Of a stretch of 64,000 nucleotides of DNA, positions 45,114 to 54,416 are shown one piece after another. Below the pieces are notes generated by a model that made no database searches, was not told the DNA's origin, and saw nothing but the letters and a program-made list of their open reading frames with translations. Position 1 is the first letter of the stretch; each line of letters opens with the position of its first letter. A program made the translations under genes and the position numbers. The DNA is from Sphaerochaetaceae bacterium (GTDB lineage Bacteria; Bacillota; Clostridia; Oscillospirales; CAG-272): assembly GCA_963656825.1 (NCBI GenBank), contig CAVKJG010000003.1, positions 2,243 to 66,242 of the forward strand, in the 5' to 3' direction.

Positions 45114-45166
45114 TGATGTGTATACAGGCTTACAGCTGAATATTTTTAATGAGGATAGATAAATAT

Positions 45167-45934
45167 ATGAAAAAATTTGCTGCTTTATTTCTTGTTCTTA
45201 CGTTTATAGTTGCCTGCGCGGCAGCCTGCAAAAAGAATCCCGCCAACCCCGATGTGACCGTCGGAACAACTACAACGGAATCCGCCGCGACAACCGGCAC
45301 CAAGGGCACGGAGACCACCGAAACGACTCCCGCTGAAACGACAACGACCTCCGCCGCAAGATTTACGGAAGTAAAGGACGGCGATTTCTCTTACAGAATA
45401 CTCAAGGATGACGACGGCAAATATTACGCCGTGGCAGTTATCAACTGGTCGGGAAGCGACGAAGCGCTCGTTGTCCCCTCCACATACACATACAAGGGTA
45501 CAACCTATGATATAACGACAATAGGCGTTCTCGGTAATATCGGCGGCAGTAACGGACTTATGTCGGTAAAGGAGCTTACCATTCCGTCAACGGTCAAAAC
45601 AATAAATTCCGTTGCCTTTTTCAGTGCGCTCAAGCTTGAAAAAATCAACTTCTCCGAAGGTCTTGAATCCATCGGCGAAATGGCTTTCTGGCTTTGCGGA
45701 AGCCTTAAAGAACTTACTCTTCCCTCAACGCTTAAAGAGATCGGTCAGAATGCTTTTCAGGGTTGCGAATCGATAGAATCCATAACGGTTCCCTCCTCCG
45801 TAACGACGATAGGCGCGGGCGCGTTCTCCGGCTGCTCGTCGCTCAAAACGATAACTCTTCCCGAAGCGTTCCGCGCTCAGGAAGCCGAGCTTTTCAACGG
45901 CTCTCCAAACGTCCAGATAACCTACGTCGGCTGA
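45167..45934 (+). CDS. BspA-type leucine-rich-repeat lipoprotein
   Basis: ATG 45167 (MKKFAALFLVLTFIVACAAAC) has a GAGGA RBS and a lipobox. Thr-rich linker, then repeats of the type LTIPSTVKTINSVAFFSALKLEKINFSEGLESIGEMAF. Confidence 0.7.
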   Translation: MKKFAALFLVLTFIVACAAACKKNPANPDVTVGTTTTESAATTGTKGTETTETTPAETTTTSAARFTEVKDGDFSYRILKDDDGKYYAVAVINWSGSDEALVVPSTYTYKGTTYDITTIGVLGNIGGSNGLMSVKELTIPSTVKTINSVAFFSALKLEKINFSEGLESIGEMAFWLCGSLKELTLPSTLKEIGQNAFQGCESIESITVPSSVTTIGAGAFSGCSSLKTITLPEAFRAQEAELFNGSPNVQITYVG

Positions 45935-45997
45935 TTGACAAAAAATATCACCCCTTCATAACATGGAAAGACGACCATGTTGTAAAGGGGTGTTTTT

Positions 45998-47278
45998 TTG
46001 TCTTTATATACAGTAAAATCGGGCGATTCTCTGTACTCGATAGCAAAAGCCTACGGCTCGTCGCCTGCGCTGATAGCCGAATGGAACGGACTTTCCGCTC
46101 CCTATCCGCTTGCGGTCGGACAGTCGCTTCTGATTCTTTCTCCCGTCCGGACGCACACCGTCGCGCGCGGAGATACCGTGTTTTCCGTATGCTCGCGCTA
46201 CGGAATAACGCAAAACGAGCTTTTCCGCAAAAATCCTTCTCTGTGCGGCGGATATGTTCCGCTTTCTGTGGGGCAGACGCTCGTCACGGAATTTGCAGAA
46301 AAACCGGACGATAAAATGTTTTCCTACGCATACGCCTATACTTTTATAGAGGAGCGTATTCTGCGGCAGACGCTTCCGTATCTGTCCGCGCTTGCGCCGT
46401 TTACCTACGGCTTTACACCGGACGGCACTCTGCTTTCTCTGTCCGATTCAAAGCTGCTTTCGGCTTGCCGCGACTACGGCACAACGCCGCTTATGCATCT
46501 TTCGACGCTCACCGAAAGCGGCGGATTTTCAAACGAGCTTGCAAGCGGACTTTTCTCTTCCGAACAGGCGCAGGAAAATCTTATAGGCGAAATCATAACC
46601 GAAATGACGGAAAAGGGCTACGGCGGACTTGATATCGATTTTGAATTTGTCTTTGCCTATGACGCCGAAGCGTATGCGGATTTCATCGCAAAGGCAAGGG
46701 CTGCGCTTGCGCCCTACGGCTATACCGTTTATGCGGCGCTCGCGCCGAAAACCTCCGCCTCGCAGTCCGGACTTTTGTACGAGGGACATCTTTACGATAA
46801 AATAGGCGCAGCGGCGGACAGGGTTTTTCTTATGACCTACGAATGGGGGTACACCTACGGTCCGCCGATGGCGGTAGCGCCGATAAACGCCGTGCGTCGC
46901 GTGCTTGATTATGCCGTAACGGAGATTCCTCCAGAAAAAATCATTATGGGAATTCCGAATTACGCATACGACTGGACGCTTCCCTACAAATCGGGAGAAA
47001 CGCGCGCAAGGCTGATATCAAACGAGGAAGCCGTGAGAACAGCAATCCAAAACAACGCCGAAATAAAATTTGACGAAACGGCTCGGTCGCCTTATTTCAA
47101 TTATTATTCGGACGGCAGACAGCACGAGGTATGGTTTGAAGATCCGCGCTCGATAGAAGCGAAGCTTTCGCTTCCGAAGGAATACGGATTTTTCGGCGTG
47201 GGCTATTGGAACGCAATGCGTCCGTTCAATTCAAACTGGCTGATTCTTTCTCAGATATACGGAGTAAACCCACTGTAA
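45998..47278 (+). CDS. 2x LysM plus GH18 glycosyl hydrolase (YaaH/SleL-like spore cortex hydrolase)
   Basis: TTG start with an AAGGGG RBS. Two LysM repeats (YTVKSGDSLYSIAKAYG...; HTVARGDTVFSVCSRYG...). GH18 catalytic motif GGLDIDFEF. Confidence 0.75.
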   Translation: MSLYTVKSGDSLYSIAKAYGSSPALIAEWNGLSAPYPLAVGQSLLILSPVRTHTVARGDTVFSVCSRYGITQNELFRKNPSLCGGYVPLSVGQTLVTEFAEKPDDKMFSYAYAYTFIEERILRQTLPYLSALAPFTYGFTPDGTLLSLSDSKLLSACRDYGTTPLMHLSTLTESGGFSNELASGLFSSEQAQENLIGEIITEMTEKGYGGLDIDFEFVFAYDAEAYADFIAKARAALAPYGYTVYAALAPKTSASQSGLLYEGHLYDKIGAAADRVFLMTYEWGYTYGPPMAVAPINAVRRVLDYAVTEIPPEKIIMGIPNYAYDWTLPYKSGETRARLISNEEAVRTAIQNNAEIKFDETARSPYFNYYSDGRQHEVWFEDPRSIEAKLSLPKEYGFFGVGYWNAMRPFNSNWLILSQIYGVNPL

Positions 47279-47282
47279 AAAA

Positions 47283-47311
47283 TATGCGGAAAGCAGACAG
47301 CTTTCCGCATA
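47283..47311. terminator. bidirectional hairpin terminator between convergent genes
   Basis: Stem TATGCGGAAAGC / GCTTTCCGCATA with an AGACA loop, flanked by A and T runs. Confidence 0.65.
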
Positions 47312-47313
47312 TT

Positions 47314-48612
47314 TTATTTTGCTTTAAGCCTGCTTATGCCCTTTCGGAGCATATCCAGCAGCGTATACATTGTAATAAGTCCGAGCGCGATAGCCCCTGC
47401 AACCATCAGCGTGGAATTAAGCGCCGAGCTTGCGAGCGGATCGCCGCTTATAAGATAATAAACGGCGCGATAAATTCCCGCTCCGGGCACAAGAGGAATT
47501 ATTCCGCAGATAAGAAATATCGTTTCGGGAGCCTTGAGAAGTCTTGCGAAAATATAAGCGAAAAGCTCTGCAAGCAGTGCGCCGAGAAACGCTCCCCATA
47601 CGTCGCCAAGCCCGTTATAAAAGCCGAAAAGATTGGCTGTCCAGCCCATCGCCGCCGTAAAAGCGGAGGCAACTATAAACTTTTTCGGCACATCGAGCAG
47701 AAAGGAAAAGCCGACAATAGAGAAAGCCGCCGCCGCAAAGCCAACCGCGTATCCGACAAAGCCCTCTCTTGTTATGCTTGTTATAAAGCCAATCGTTTCG
47801 GGAGCAACTCCGACCTTACGGCAGAAGAATATTCCGGCGCCGACGCCCACGGCGACAGCCGCGGCTATCATAAACGCTTCAACCATTCTCGCGCAGGCGG
47901 AGATAAAGTCGCCCTGAAGCACGTCGCGCACGGCGTTCGTTATGGCAACCCCGGGGACAAGCGGCATTATTCCGCCGACGATTATATACTGCGGATGAAG
48001 CTCCGTTCCCGTTTTCATCGCACCGTACACGCACAGAAGCGAAACCACGGTTATCGTCGCCGCGCAAAGCACGTCGCACAGAAAATCCATACCTATGAAT
48101 TTTCTCAGGTAATAATTTTCAAACGACATTACAAGCCCCGCAAGAAGCGCAACCGCGGCGTCCGCAAGCGAGCCTCCGTAAAGCAGGGAAAACATACTCG
48201 TAGCGAGCATAACGCCTATCAGCTTCATTGCGATACCGTAGATATGCTCGTTTTTAATTTTTTCAAGGCGGGATTTTGCCTCGTCAAGAGTTATTTTCCC
48301 TCCGCAGAAATCACGTGAAACATTGTTTACAAGATATATTTTGGAAAGGTTGTTCGATCCCGGCGCGATTCTGCGCGTTACCGAAAGCGTTTCCTTTTTG
48401 TCGTCGGAAAGCGTAACGGTTATTCCCGTCGGCAGAACAAATGCGTCCGCCTGAGAAAAGCCCGTCGTCTGAAGTATTCTCGATATGGTGTCCTCAACGC
48501 GATGAGTTTCCGCGCCCGCGCTCATCATTATCTGTCCCGCGAGTATAGCCATATCGACAAGCTCGCGGTAATAAAACGAATCTTCCATTGTCCCTCCGAA
48601 TTTATTTTGCAT
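47314..48612 (-). CDS. threonine/serine exporter family protein (ThrE-like, DUF1212+DUF3815)
   Basis: 432 aa. Soluble N-terminal part (AGAETHRVEDTISRI) followed by about 10 TM helices. The start may be ATG 48588 (MEDSFYY). Confidence 0.6.
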   Translation of the reverse strand: MQNKFGGTMEDSFYYRELVDMAILAGQIMMSAGAETHRVEDTISRILQTTGFSQADAFVLPTGITVTLSDDKKETLSVTRRIAPGSNNLSKIYLVNNVSRDFCGGKITLDEAKSRLEKIKNEHIYGIAMKLIGVMLATSMFSLLYGGSLADAAVALLAGLVMSFENYYLRKFIGMDFLCDVLCAATITVVSLLCVYGAMKTGTELHPQYIIVGGIMPLVPGVAITNAVRDVLQGDFISACARMVEAFMIAAAVAVGVGAGIFFCRKVGVAPETIGFITSITREGFVGYAVGFAAAAFSIVGFSFLLDVPKKFIVASAFTAAMGWTANLFGFYNGLGDVWGAFLGALLAELFAYIFARLLKAPETIFLICGIIPLVPGAGIYRAVYYLISGDPLASSALNSTLMVAGAIALGLITMYTLLDMLRKGISRLKAK

Positions 48613-49552
48613 TTTTTCTTTCTTCGATTATCCGCGCGACAAAGCCCTCGCGCACTCCGGCTCCGCTTATTACAAGCTTTTCCGTGCCGCAGTATTTTAT
48701 TATCTCACAGAGAGCGACCGTACCCGGAGCGACCGTCGCCACCCTGTCCGGAGCGTATCGTTTTATCGCCGCGCCGCCGTCGGAGCACACCGTGTCGCAA
48801 ACGGAAAGCATATCCTTCGCCGTCATTTCAAAGCCGTCAAGCGAGGAGGTGTTCAGCCTTGCGCCCATAAAAATTCTGGCTGCGGCTCTCGCCGTTCCGC
48901 CGATAAGATAAGCCGTTCCGCCCACTCCCGAAAATTCGGGGTGAGCCGACAGCAGTCCGTTTACATAATCCTTTATGTTCTCCGCTTCCTCTCCGGTCAC
49001 GGAAAGAGGCGCTTTCACATATTTTTTTGAAAGCGCAAGACAGCCTATCGGAAAGCTGTGGGCATTCTGCTTTTTGCCGTCCGCAAAGCTTACCGTTTCC
49101 GTGCTTCCGCCGCCCATATCGACCGTCACTCCCCTTGCGGCAAGCGAGCCTTCGAAACGCTTTTGCGTTGCGTAAAAATCAAGCTCCGCCTCTTCATCTC
49201 CCGATATGACGGTGATCTGTGTTCCGAGCCGTCTTTTTATCGAAGCCAGCACCTTATCGGTATTTGAAAGTCCGCGCAGACTTGCCGTCGCAAACGCAAA
49301 GAAATCGTCTGCCGGCAGAGAATTTGCCCTTGCAAGATATTCGCGCAGAACGGCAAAAAGTCTTCCCTCTCCGTCCGGAGAAAGCCTTCCGCCCGAGGTA
49401 TACGCCGCAAGCCCGAGCATACTCCGCGCGGAATCGCATACGGAAAATTCTCCCGTTTCGGTGTTTACATCATATATATTCATTCTGACGCTGTTCGCGC
49501 CTATATCCACCACCGCAATTTTTTCGGTGGGATCAAAAAACGTGTCTTTCAT
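48602..49552 (-). CDS. Ppx/GppA family phosphatase (exopolyphosphatase-like)
   Basis: 316 aa. ASKHA-fold phosphate motifs (VVDIGANSVRMNIY; VDMGGGSTE; IGGTARA). Confidence 0.7.
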   Translation of the reverse strand: MKDTFFDPTEKIAVVDIGANSVRMNIYDVNTETGEFSVCDSARSMLGLAAYTSGGRLSPDGEGRLFAVLREYLARANSLPADDFFAFATASLRGLSNTDKVLASIKRRLGTQITVISGDEEAELDFYATQKRFEGSLAARGVTVDMGGGSTETVSFADGKKQNAHSFPIGCLALSKKYVKAPLSVTGEEAENIKDYVNGLLSAHPEFSGVGGTAYLIGGTARAAARIFMGARLNTSSLDGFEMTAKDMLSVCDTVCSDGGAAIKRYAPDRVATVAPGTVALCEIIKYCGTEKLVISGAGVREGFVARIIEERKNAK

Positions 49553-49875
49553 ATAACAAAAGAAATGAACTCCGCGCCGCGAACCGTTATCGTTCCCTCA
49601 TCGCCTTCGGCAAAATACAGATACGCGTCGGACGATACACGATACTCTGCTCTGTCGCCGGTCTTGTATTCAAACGTTATGAAATACGTCTTTGCCTTTT
49701 CCGACACGGCGCAGCTCCTTTTGGAAACCACCCTTGCCGGCGCCGATATTCTCGGCAGCGAAAAGCTCTTTTTCGAGCCGCCGACAGCACGCGCTACGGT
49801 TATCGTCATTATAACGATCGCCGCGGCAAAGCAGACAAACACAAATATCCCGCCGATGCTGGAAGCGTAGTTCAT
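49549..49875 (-). CDS. DUF2500-like small membrane-anchored protein
   Basis: 108 aa with an N-terminal TM helix and a beta-rich C-terminus (YFITFEYKTGDRAEYRVS...). 4-nt overlap with the downstream ppx-like gene. Confidence 0.5.
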   Translation of the reverse strand: MNYASSIGGIFVFVCFAAAIVIMTITVARAVGGSKKSFSLPRISAPARVVSKRSCAVSEKAKTYFITFEYKTGDRAEYRVSSDAYLYFAEGDEGTITVRGAEFISFVI

Positions 49876-50009
49876 TTCTCAACCTCCGGAAAATGATTGC
49901 CCTATGATTATACACCATAAAAACAAAAATCGCAATAGAAATACGAAAAAGTACTTGCTCTGCGGAATATAATTTTATAAACGCTGAAAACGGAGGCTTT
50001 TTACACAAA

Positions 50010-50702
50010 ATGATGGGCATTTTTTCGGCACTTATGTCGAATTTTCTTTACCTGTTTCTGAAAATCTCATATTCTCAAAGCTTTCCTCCGCCGCTTTCGC
50101 CGAAGGAGGAGGAAGAATGTTTTGAAAAAATGCGCCGCGGCGATTCCGCCGCGCGCGGAAAGCTTATAGAGCATAATCTGCGGCTTGTGGCGCATATAGT
50201 CAAAAAATACTATTCGATGTCCAAAAATCAGGACGATCTTATCTCCATCGGCACGATAGGACTTATAAAAGCCATAGACACCTTTGACAGCCGCAACGGA
50301 ACACGCTTTGCAACATACGCAAGCAAATGTCTGCAAAATGAAATCCTTATGCATTTCCGTTCTCAGAAAAAGACCGCGTGCGAGGTCAGCATAAGCGAGC
50401 CGATAGACATTGACAAGGACGGGAATCCGCTTACATATATCGATGTTATCAGCACGGAGGACACGATCGCCGACGATATCGACAGCAAAATAAAAACCGT
50501 AAAAGCCAAAAAGGCGATCCTTACAGTGCTCGACGAAAGAGAAAGAGAAATCATCATCCTGCGGTACGGACTCGGCGGAGCGCGCGCCATAACTCAGCGC
50601 GAGGTCGCCGAGAAGCTCGGAATTTCCCGTTCATATGTTTCGAGAATAGAAAAATCGGCGCTGAAAAAGATGAGCGGATATCTTTCCTCCGGAATATTCT
50701 GA
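50010..50702 (+). CDS. sigK: RNA polymerase sporulation sigma factor sigma-K (pro-sigma-K, uninterrupted)
   Basis: 230 aa. Hydrophobic pro-sequence followed by SFPPPLS...LIEHNLRLVAHIVKKY...DLISIGTIGLIKAID...ILMH...GISRSYVSRIEKSALKKM. Aligns closely with Bacillus SigK along its whole length. Confidence 0.8.
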   Translation: MMGIFSALMSNFLYLFLKISYSQSFPPPLSPKEEEECFEKMRRGDSAARGKLIEHNLRLVAHIVKKYYSMSKNQDDLISIGTIGLIKAIDTFDSRNGTRFATYASKCLQNEILMHFRSQKKTACEVSISEPIDIDKDGNPLTYIDVISTEDTIADDIDSKIKTVKAKKAILTVLDEREREIIILRYGLGGARAITQREVAEKLGISRSYVSRIEKSALKKMSGYLSSGIF

Positions 50703-50811
50703 TATACGGCGGCATATATCTTATACCGGATAAATAAAACTTTGACCGTCGACGGCGGCGAAGAGGAAAAAACATCTTGAAAAAATCCGTCGGGAAAGAG
50801 GTTATATATTT

Positions 50812-52392
50812 ATGTTCAGTTACACAGACGACGGCGCAAAGAACTGCGTCGTGATAAAAACCTTTGAGGATACTGTAATAAAAGAGGTAAATGCGGATTG
50901 CACACTTCCCGATTATCTTCCGGACGTAAGCAGAATACTCCGCGCCGATGCAAGAGTATGCCGTGCGGGAAAATACATAAACGGAAGCTCTCTCGAATAT
51001 GACGGCACGGTAAACTTTTCAATTATCTATTCAACAGCCGACGGAATAGTAAAAAATGCGGAATTCTCCTCCGATTACGGCGGCAGTATGCCGCTCGGTG
51101 ATTTTTCCGGCGACTGCTCGGTCGACGCGGACACAGAGCTTGATTCCGTAACAGTGCGTCTTCAAAATCCGCGCAGGCTCAGTGCAAAGGCGCGCGTTTC
51201 CGTATCGGCGCAGATAAACTGCCTTGACTGCGCCACTCCCGCCGTGACGGGAAAATGCGGCGATGACGATATAAGATGCAAAACGGAAAATATAGACTGC
51301 TGCTTCGGCATCGAAGCCTCGGACACCGATGTTGCCGTAAGCGAGGACATTGCCATAGCTTCTCCGCTTCCGGCGATCGACGAGATAGTCAGCGTATTTC
51401 TCGATCCTTATCTTTATGAAATAAAAGCCGGCGACGGCGTGATAAGCTATAAGGGCAATGCCGTTGCAAACATTCTTTACAGCGCCGCAGAAGAAGATCC
51501 CCCCGCGCCGAAAACATACGTTTCTCTGCTCCGCAGAATACCCGTTTCGGGCGAGGCGATCGCCGAAGGCACTACGGAAAACTGCGTATGCACGGGAAAT
51601 ATCTGCATAACAAATCTTGCATACAGAAAGGCGGCGGACGCGAGCGGCGAGGACAGAACTATCGAAACGGATTTTTCCTATTCGGTATATTTTGACGCTT
51701 ACAAAAACGTAAAAAGCGAAATAACAACCGATATGTACTCGACAGAATACGAAAGCTCAACGGAAATGAAAACCCTTTCCTATCGCTGTGCCGTAAGCGG
51801 AAAAAGCTTTAACTTTTCCGATTCCGCCTGCACGGAGCTGCCCGACGATGCCCTTACTACCGTCACCGCGATAAGAGCCGGCGCCACCGTCACGGGCGCG
51901 GAAAAATCGGGCGGAAGGCTTGTATTTACCGGCAATACCGAAATTTATGCAATACTTTCCGACGGCGGAGTTTATATGGGCAAGATGTTTTCTTCTCCGT
52001 TCCGCGCCGAAACCGATGCCGCTGCGATCCCCGACGATTTTGATTTTTCCGCAAACGCCTCCGTTATAGATATAAAGGGCAGAACCGCCGACGGCAGGCT
52101 CTGCGCCGATATGGAAATAATGATAAGCTATATTGTTTTCCGCAAAAAGGAATGTAACTCGGTTTCGGTTCTTTCAATTATGTGCGACAAGCCGCGAAAA
52201 ACGGAAGACAGCGCAAAAATAATTATGTATTACCCATCCAAAAACGAAACCCTTTGGGATATTGCCAAAAAATACGGTACGACTGAAGCGGAAATAGCTT
52301 CGGCAAACGGACTTTCCGGCGAACCCGACGGAAGCGTACTTATGATACCGTCAAAAGCCGCCAAAGCACCGATATATACAAAAATAATATAG
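50812..52392 (+). CDS. DUF3794-domain protein with C-terminal LysM (SafA/spore-coat-assembly-like)
   Basis: 526 aa. N-terminus (VNADCTLPDYLPDVSRILRADARV) is typical of DUF3794. C-terminal LysM (YYPSKNETLWDIAKKYGTTEAEIASANGL). Confidence 0.6.
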   Translation: MFSYTDDGAKNCVVIKTFEDTVIKEVNADCTLPDYLPDVSRILRADARVCRAGKYINGSSLEYDGTVNFSIIYSTADGIVKNAEFSSDYGGSMPLGDFSGDCSVDADTELDSVTVRLQNPRRLSAKARVSVSAQINCLDCATPAVTGKCGDDDIRCKTENIDCCFGIEASDTDVAVSEDIAIASPLPAIDEIVSVFLDPYLYEIKAGDGVISYKGNAVANILYSAAEEDPPAPKTYVSLLRRIPVSGEAIAEGTTENCVCTGNICITNLAYRKAADASGEDRTIETDFSYSVYFDAYKNVKSEITTDMYSTEYESSTEMKTLSYRCAVSGKSFNFSDSACTELPDDALTTVTAIRAGATVTGAEKSGGRLVFTGNTEIYAILSDGGVYMGKMFSSPFRAETDAAAIPDDFDFSANASVIDIKGRTADGRLCADMEIMISYIVFRKKECNSVSVLSIMCDKPRKTEDSAKIIMYYPSKNETLWDIAKKYGTTEAEIASANGLSGEPDGSVLMIPSKAAKAPIYTKII

Positions 52393-52428
52393 CACAACAG
52401 CCGCACTGAAAAGTGCGGCTGTTGTGCT
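52391..52428 (+). terminator. strong 17-bp hairpin (terminator-like) after the DUF3794 gene
   Basis: AGCACAACAGCCGCACT-GAAA-AGTGCGGCTGTTGTGCT. The T-tract is weak. Confidence 0.5.
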
Positions 52429-52454
52429 TAAAAATTTATTGCAATGCAATTACA

Positions 52455-52570
52455 AAGCTTATTTTGCTTTTTTAATAAGCTCTGTCTGTGCAGATACTAA
52501 AAAATCTGTATATCGTCCCCGATAATTAAAGTTTCTTTTGCCTACTTTTCTTTTCCAAAGAAAAGTACGG
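52455..52570 (-). repeat. intergenic repeat, copy C (inverted relative to copies at 61391-61556)
   Basis: The reverse complement reads TACTTTTCTTTGGAAAAGAAAAGTAGGCAAAAGAAACTTTAATTATCGGGGACGATATACAGATTTTTTAGTATCTGCACAGACAGAGCTTATTAAAAAAG. This is about 90% identical to 61411-61493. Confidence 0.75.
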
Positions 52571-54292
52571 TCATTCGTATTGGGCGAGCATTTCGCTGAC
52601 TACCTCGCGGAGCTTGCCTGCCGCCTCGTCTGTGGCAACGTCATATTTTGCACTCTTGTCTCTGTACGATATCTCAATAACGCCGCGCTCGCACGTCTTG
52701 GGGCTGACGACCGCTCTCACGGGAATACCGTAAAGATCCGCGTCCGCGAACATAACGCCGGGACGGATATCTCTGTCGTCGTAAAGCACCTCAACGCCGA
52801 GCTTTTCAAGATCCGCGCAAAGCTTTTCGGCTGTCTTTGTAACGTTTTCATCGTCCGAGCGGAGATTGCAGACCTCAACCTGCCACGGAGCTATGCTCAT
52901 AGGCCAGACAGGACCGTAATCGTCATGGCTTTCTTCGCAGATGGACGCGGCAAGTCTGCCCACGCCGATACCGTAGCAGCCCATAACGGGATTCTGCGTT
53001 TCGCCGTTCTTGTCTATATATTCCATACCCATAGACTTTGTGTATTTTGTTCCGAGCTGGAATATGTTGCCAATCTCAATGCCTTTTTTAATAGTTATCG
53101 AATGCTTGCCGCAAACTGGGCAGATGCCGCCTTCGGTTGCTTTCGCAACGCTTGTATATTCAACGTCGCCTATGTCGCGGGCAATATTGAGACCTTTGAA
53201 GTGAGTATCGTCTTTGTTCGCGCCGGCAACAAGAGAATTTATACCCTTAAGGGATTCGTCATATACAACGGTAACATTTTCGGGAAGTCCGAGCGGACCT
53301 ATAAATCCGGGGTGAACGCCCATAGCCTCCGTAACTGTCGCGGGGTGAACCTCGGCGCAGAGATAATTGCGGAGCTTTGTTTCGTTTATTTCAAGATCGC
53401 CGCGAACGAAAACGATAACAAGCGAATCGTCCGCATTGCGCTGATAAAGCACCGCCTTGCAGGAGCGCTCTTTCGGGGCATGAAGATAATTGCACACATC
53501 CTCTATCGTTTTCTGATGCGGGGTGTAAACCTCTTCAAGCGGTTCGATTTCACATTCGTGATTGTGAACTATGCAATCCGCAGCTTCCATATTGGATCTG
53601 TAATCACATTCGGAGCAGATGACAAGCGTGTCCTCGCCGATGTCGGAAAGGAGCATAAATTCATGGGATACGCTTCCGCCCATCATACCGGAATCGCTTT
53701 TTACCGCAACGAAATTTTTTACTCCGCAACGACGGAAGATGCGGTTATAGGCTTCGTAGCATTCTTCGTAATAGCTGAGAAGATCCTCCCACGAGGTATG
53801 GAAGGAGTACGCGTCCTTCATTGTGAATTCTCTTACGCGGATAAGACCGCCGCGCGCACGGGGCTCATCGCGGAATTTTGTCTGTATCTGATAAATCATA
53901 TAAGGGAATTTCGTATATGTCTGCGCCGCAACGCGCGCAAGATGCACGGCTGCTTCCTCGTGCGTCATACCGAGAACCATATCCGAACCGTTTCTGTCTT
54001 TGAAACGGAGTAGCTCGCTGCCTATAGAATCATATCTGCCGGATTCTTTCCATATCGACGCGGGCATTGCGACGGGGAAAAGCACCTCCTGACCGCCGAT
54101 CCTGTCCATTTCCTCGCGCAGAATATTTTCGATTTTTCTCGTTATGCGCTTTGTCGAGGGGAAAAGCGAAAAAATACCCGTTCCGACCTGCTTTATATAT
54201 CCGCCGCGCACCATCAGCGCATGACTTGCGATCTGACAGTCGGCGGGAGCTTCCTTGAAATGCTCGCCCAAAAGTTTTGAAACCTTCATCAT
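52571..54292 (-). CDS. proS: proline--tRNA ligase (bacterial type with editing insertion)
   Basis: 573 aa. Class II aaRS motifs and an INS editing domain. N-terminus MKVSKLLGEHFKEAPADCQIASHALMVRGGYI is typical of ProS. Confidence 0.85.
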   Translation of the reverse strand: MMKVSKLLGEHFKEAPADCQIASHALMVRGGYIKQVGTGIFSLFPSTKRITRKIENILREEMDRIGGQEVLFPVAMPASIWKESGRYDSIGSELLRFKDRNGSDMVLGMTHEEAAVHLARVAAQTYTKFPYMIYQIQTKFRDEPRARGGLIRVREFTMKDAYSFHTSWEDLLSYYEECYEAYNRIFRRCGVKNFVAVKSDSGMMGGSVSHEFMLLSDIGEDTLVICSECDYRSNMEAADCIVHNHECEIEPLEEVYTPHQKTIEDVCNYLHAPKERSCKAVLYQRNADDSLVIVFVRGDLEINETKLRNYLCAEVHPATVTEAMGVHPGFIGPLGLPENVTVVYDESLKGINSLVAGANKDDTHFKGLNIARDIGDVEYTSVAKATEGGICPVCGKHSITIKKGIEIGNIFQLGTKYTKSMGMEYIDKNGETQNPVMGCYGIGVGRLAASICEESHDDYGPVWPMSIAPWQVEVCNLRSDDENVTKTAEKLCADLEKLGVEVLYDDRDIRPGVMFADADLYGIPVRAVVSPKTCERGVIEISYRDKSAKYDVATDEAAGKLREVVSEMLAQYE

Positions 54293-54326
54293 AAAAATAA
54301 ACGTCCTTTTTTAAGTGTTACAAAAT

Positions 54327-54355
54327 ATTTTAGCACCATATCTTGCTTATGTCAA
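54327..54355 (-). promoter_or_regulatory. sigma-A-type promoter of proS
   Basis: Minus strand: TTGACA (54355-54350), 17-nt spacer, TGcTAAAAT (-10 at 54332-54327). Leader is only about 30 nt. Confidence 0.5.
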
Positions 54356-54365
54356 CCGAGCGGAG

Positions 54366-54405
54366 CAAAAAAACGCAGTCCGGACGCTTGAAAAACGTCC
54401 GGACT
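54366..54405 (-). terminator. intrinsic terminator of the NfeD-SPFH operon
   Basis: Stem AGTCCGGACG / CGTCCGGACT (54377-54386 / 54396-54405). T-run on the minus strand (54367-54373). Confidence 0.7.
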
Positions 54406-54416
54406 CCGTAAAATTT

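Noticed and set aside
50010-50702. skin-like intervening element splitting sigK
   Set aside because: The ORF is continuous. It aligns from the pro-sequence to region 4.2 with Bacillus SigK, so no interruption exists in this window.
52538-54013. 491-aa + strand ORF opposite proS
   Set aside because: Antisense shadow of a clearly conserved aminoacyl-tRNA synthetase gene. No motifs and no RBS.
54293-54416. T-box leader upstream of proS
   Set aside because: The promoter-to-ATG distance is only about 30 nt and the whole intergenic region is about 120 bp. Most of that is the terminator of the upstream operon. There is no room for specifier, T-box and antiterminator elements.
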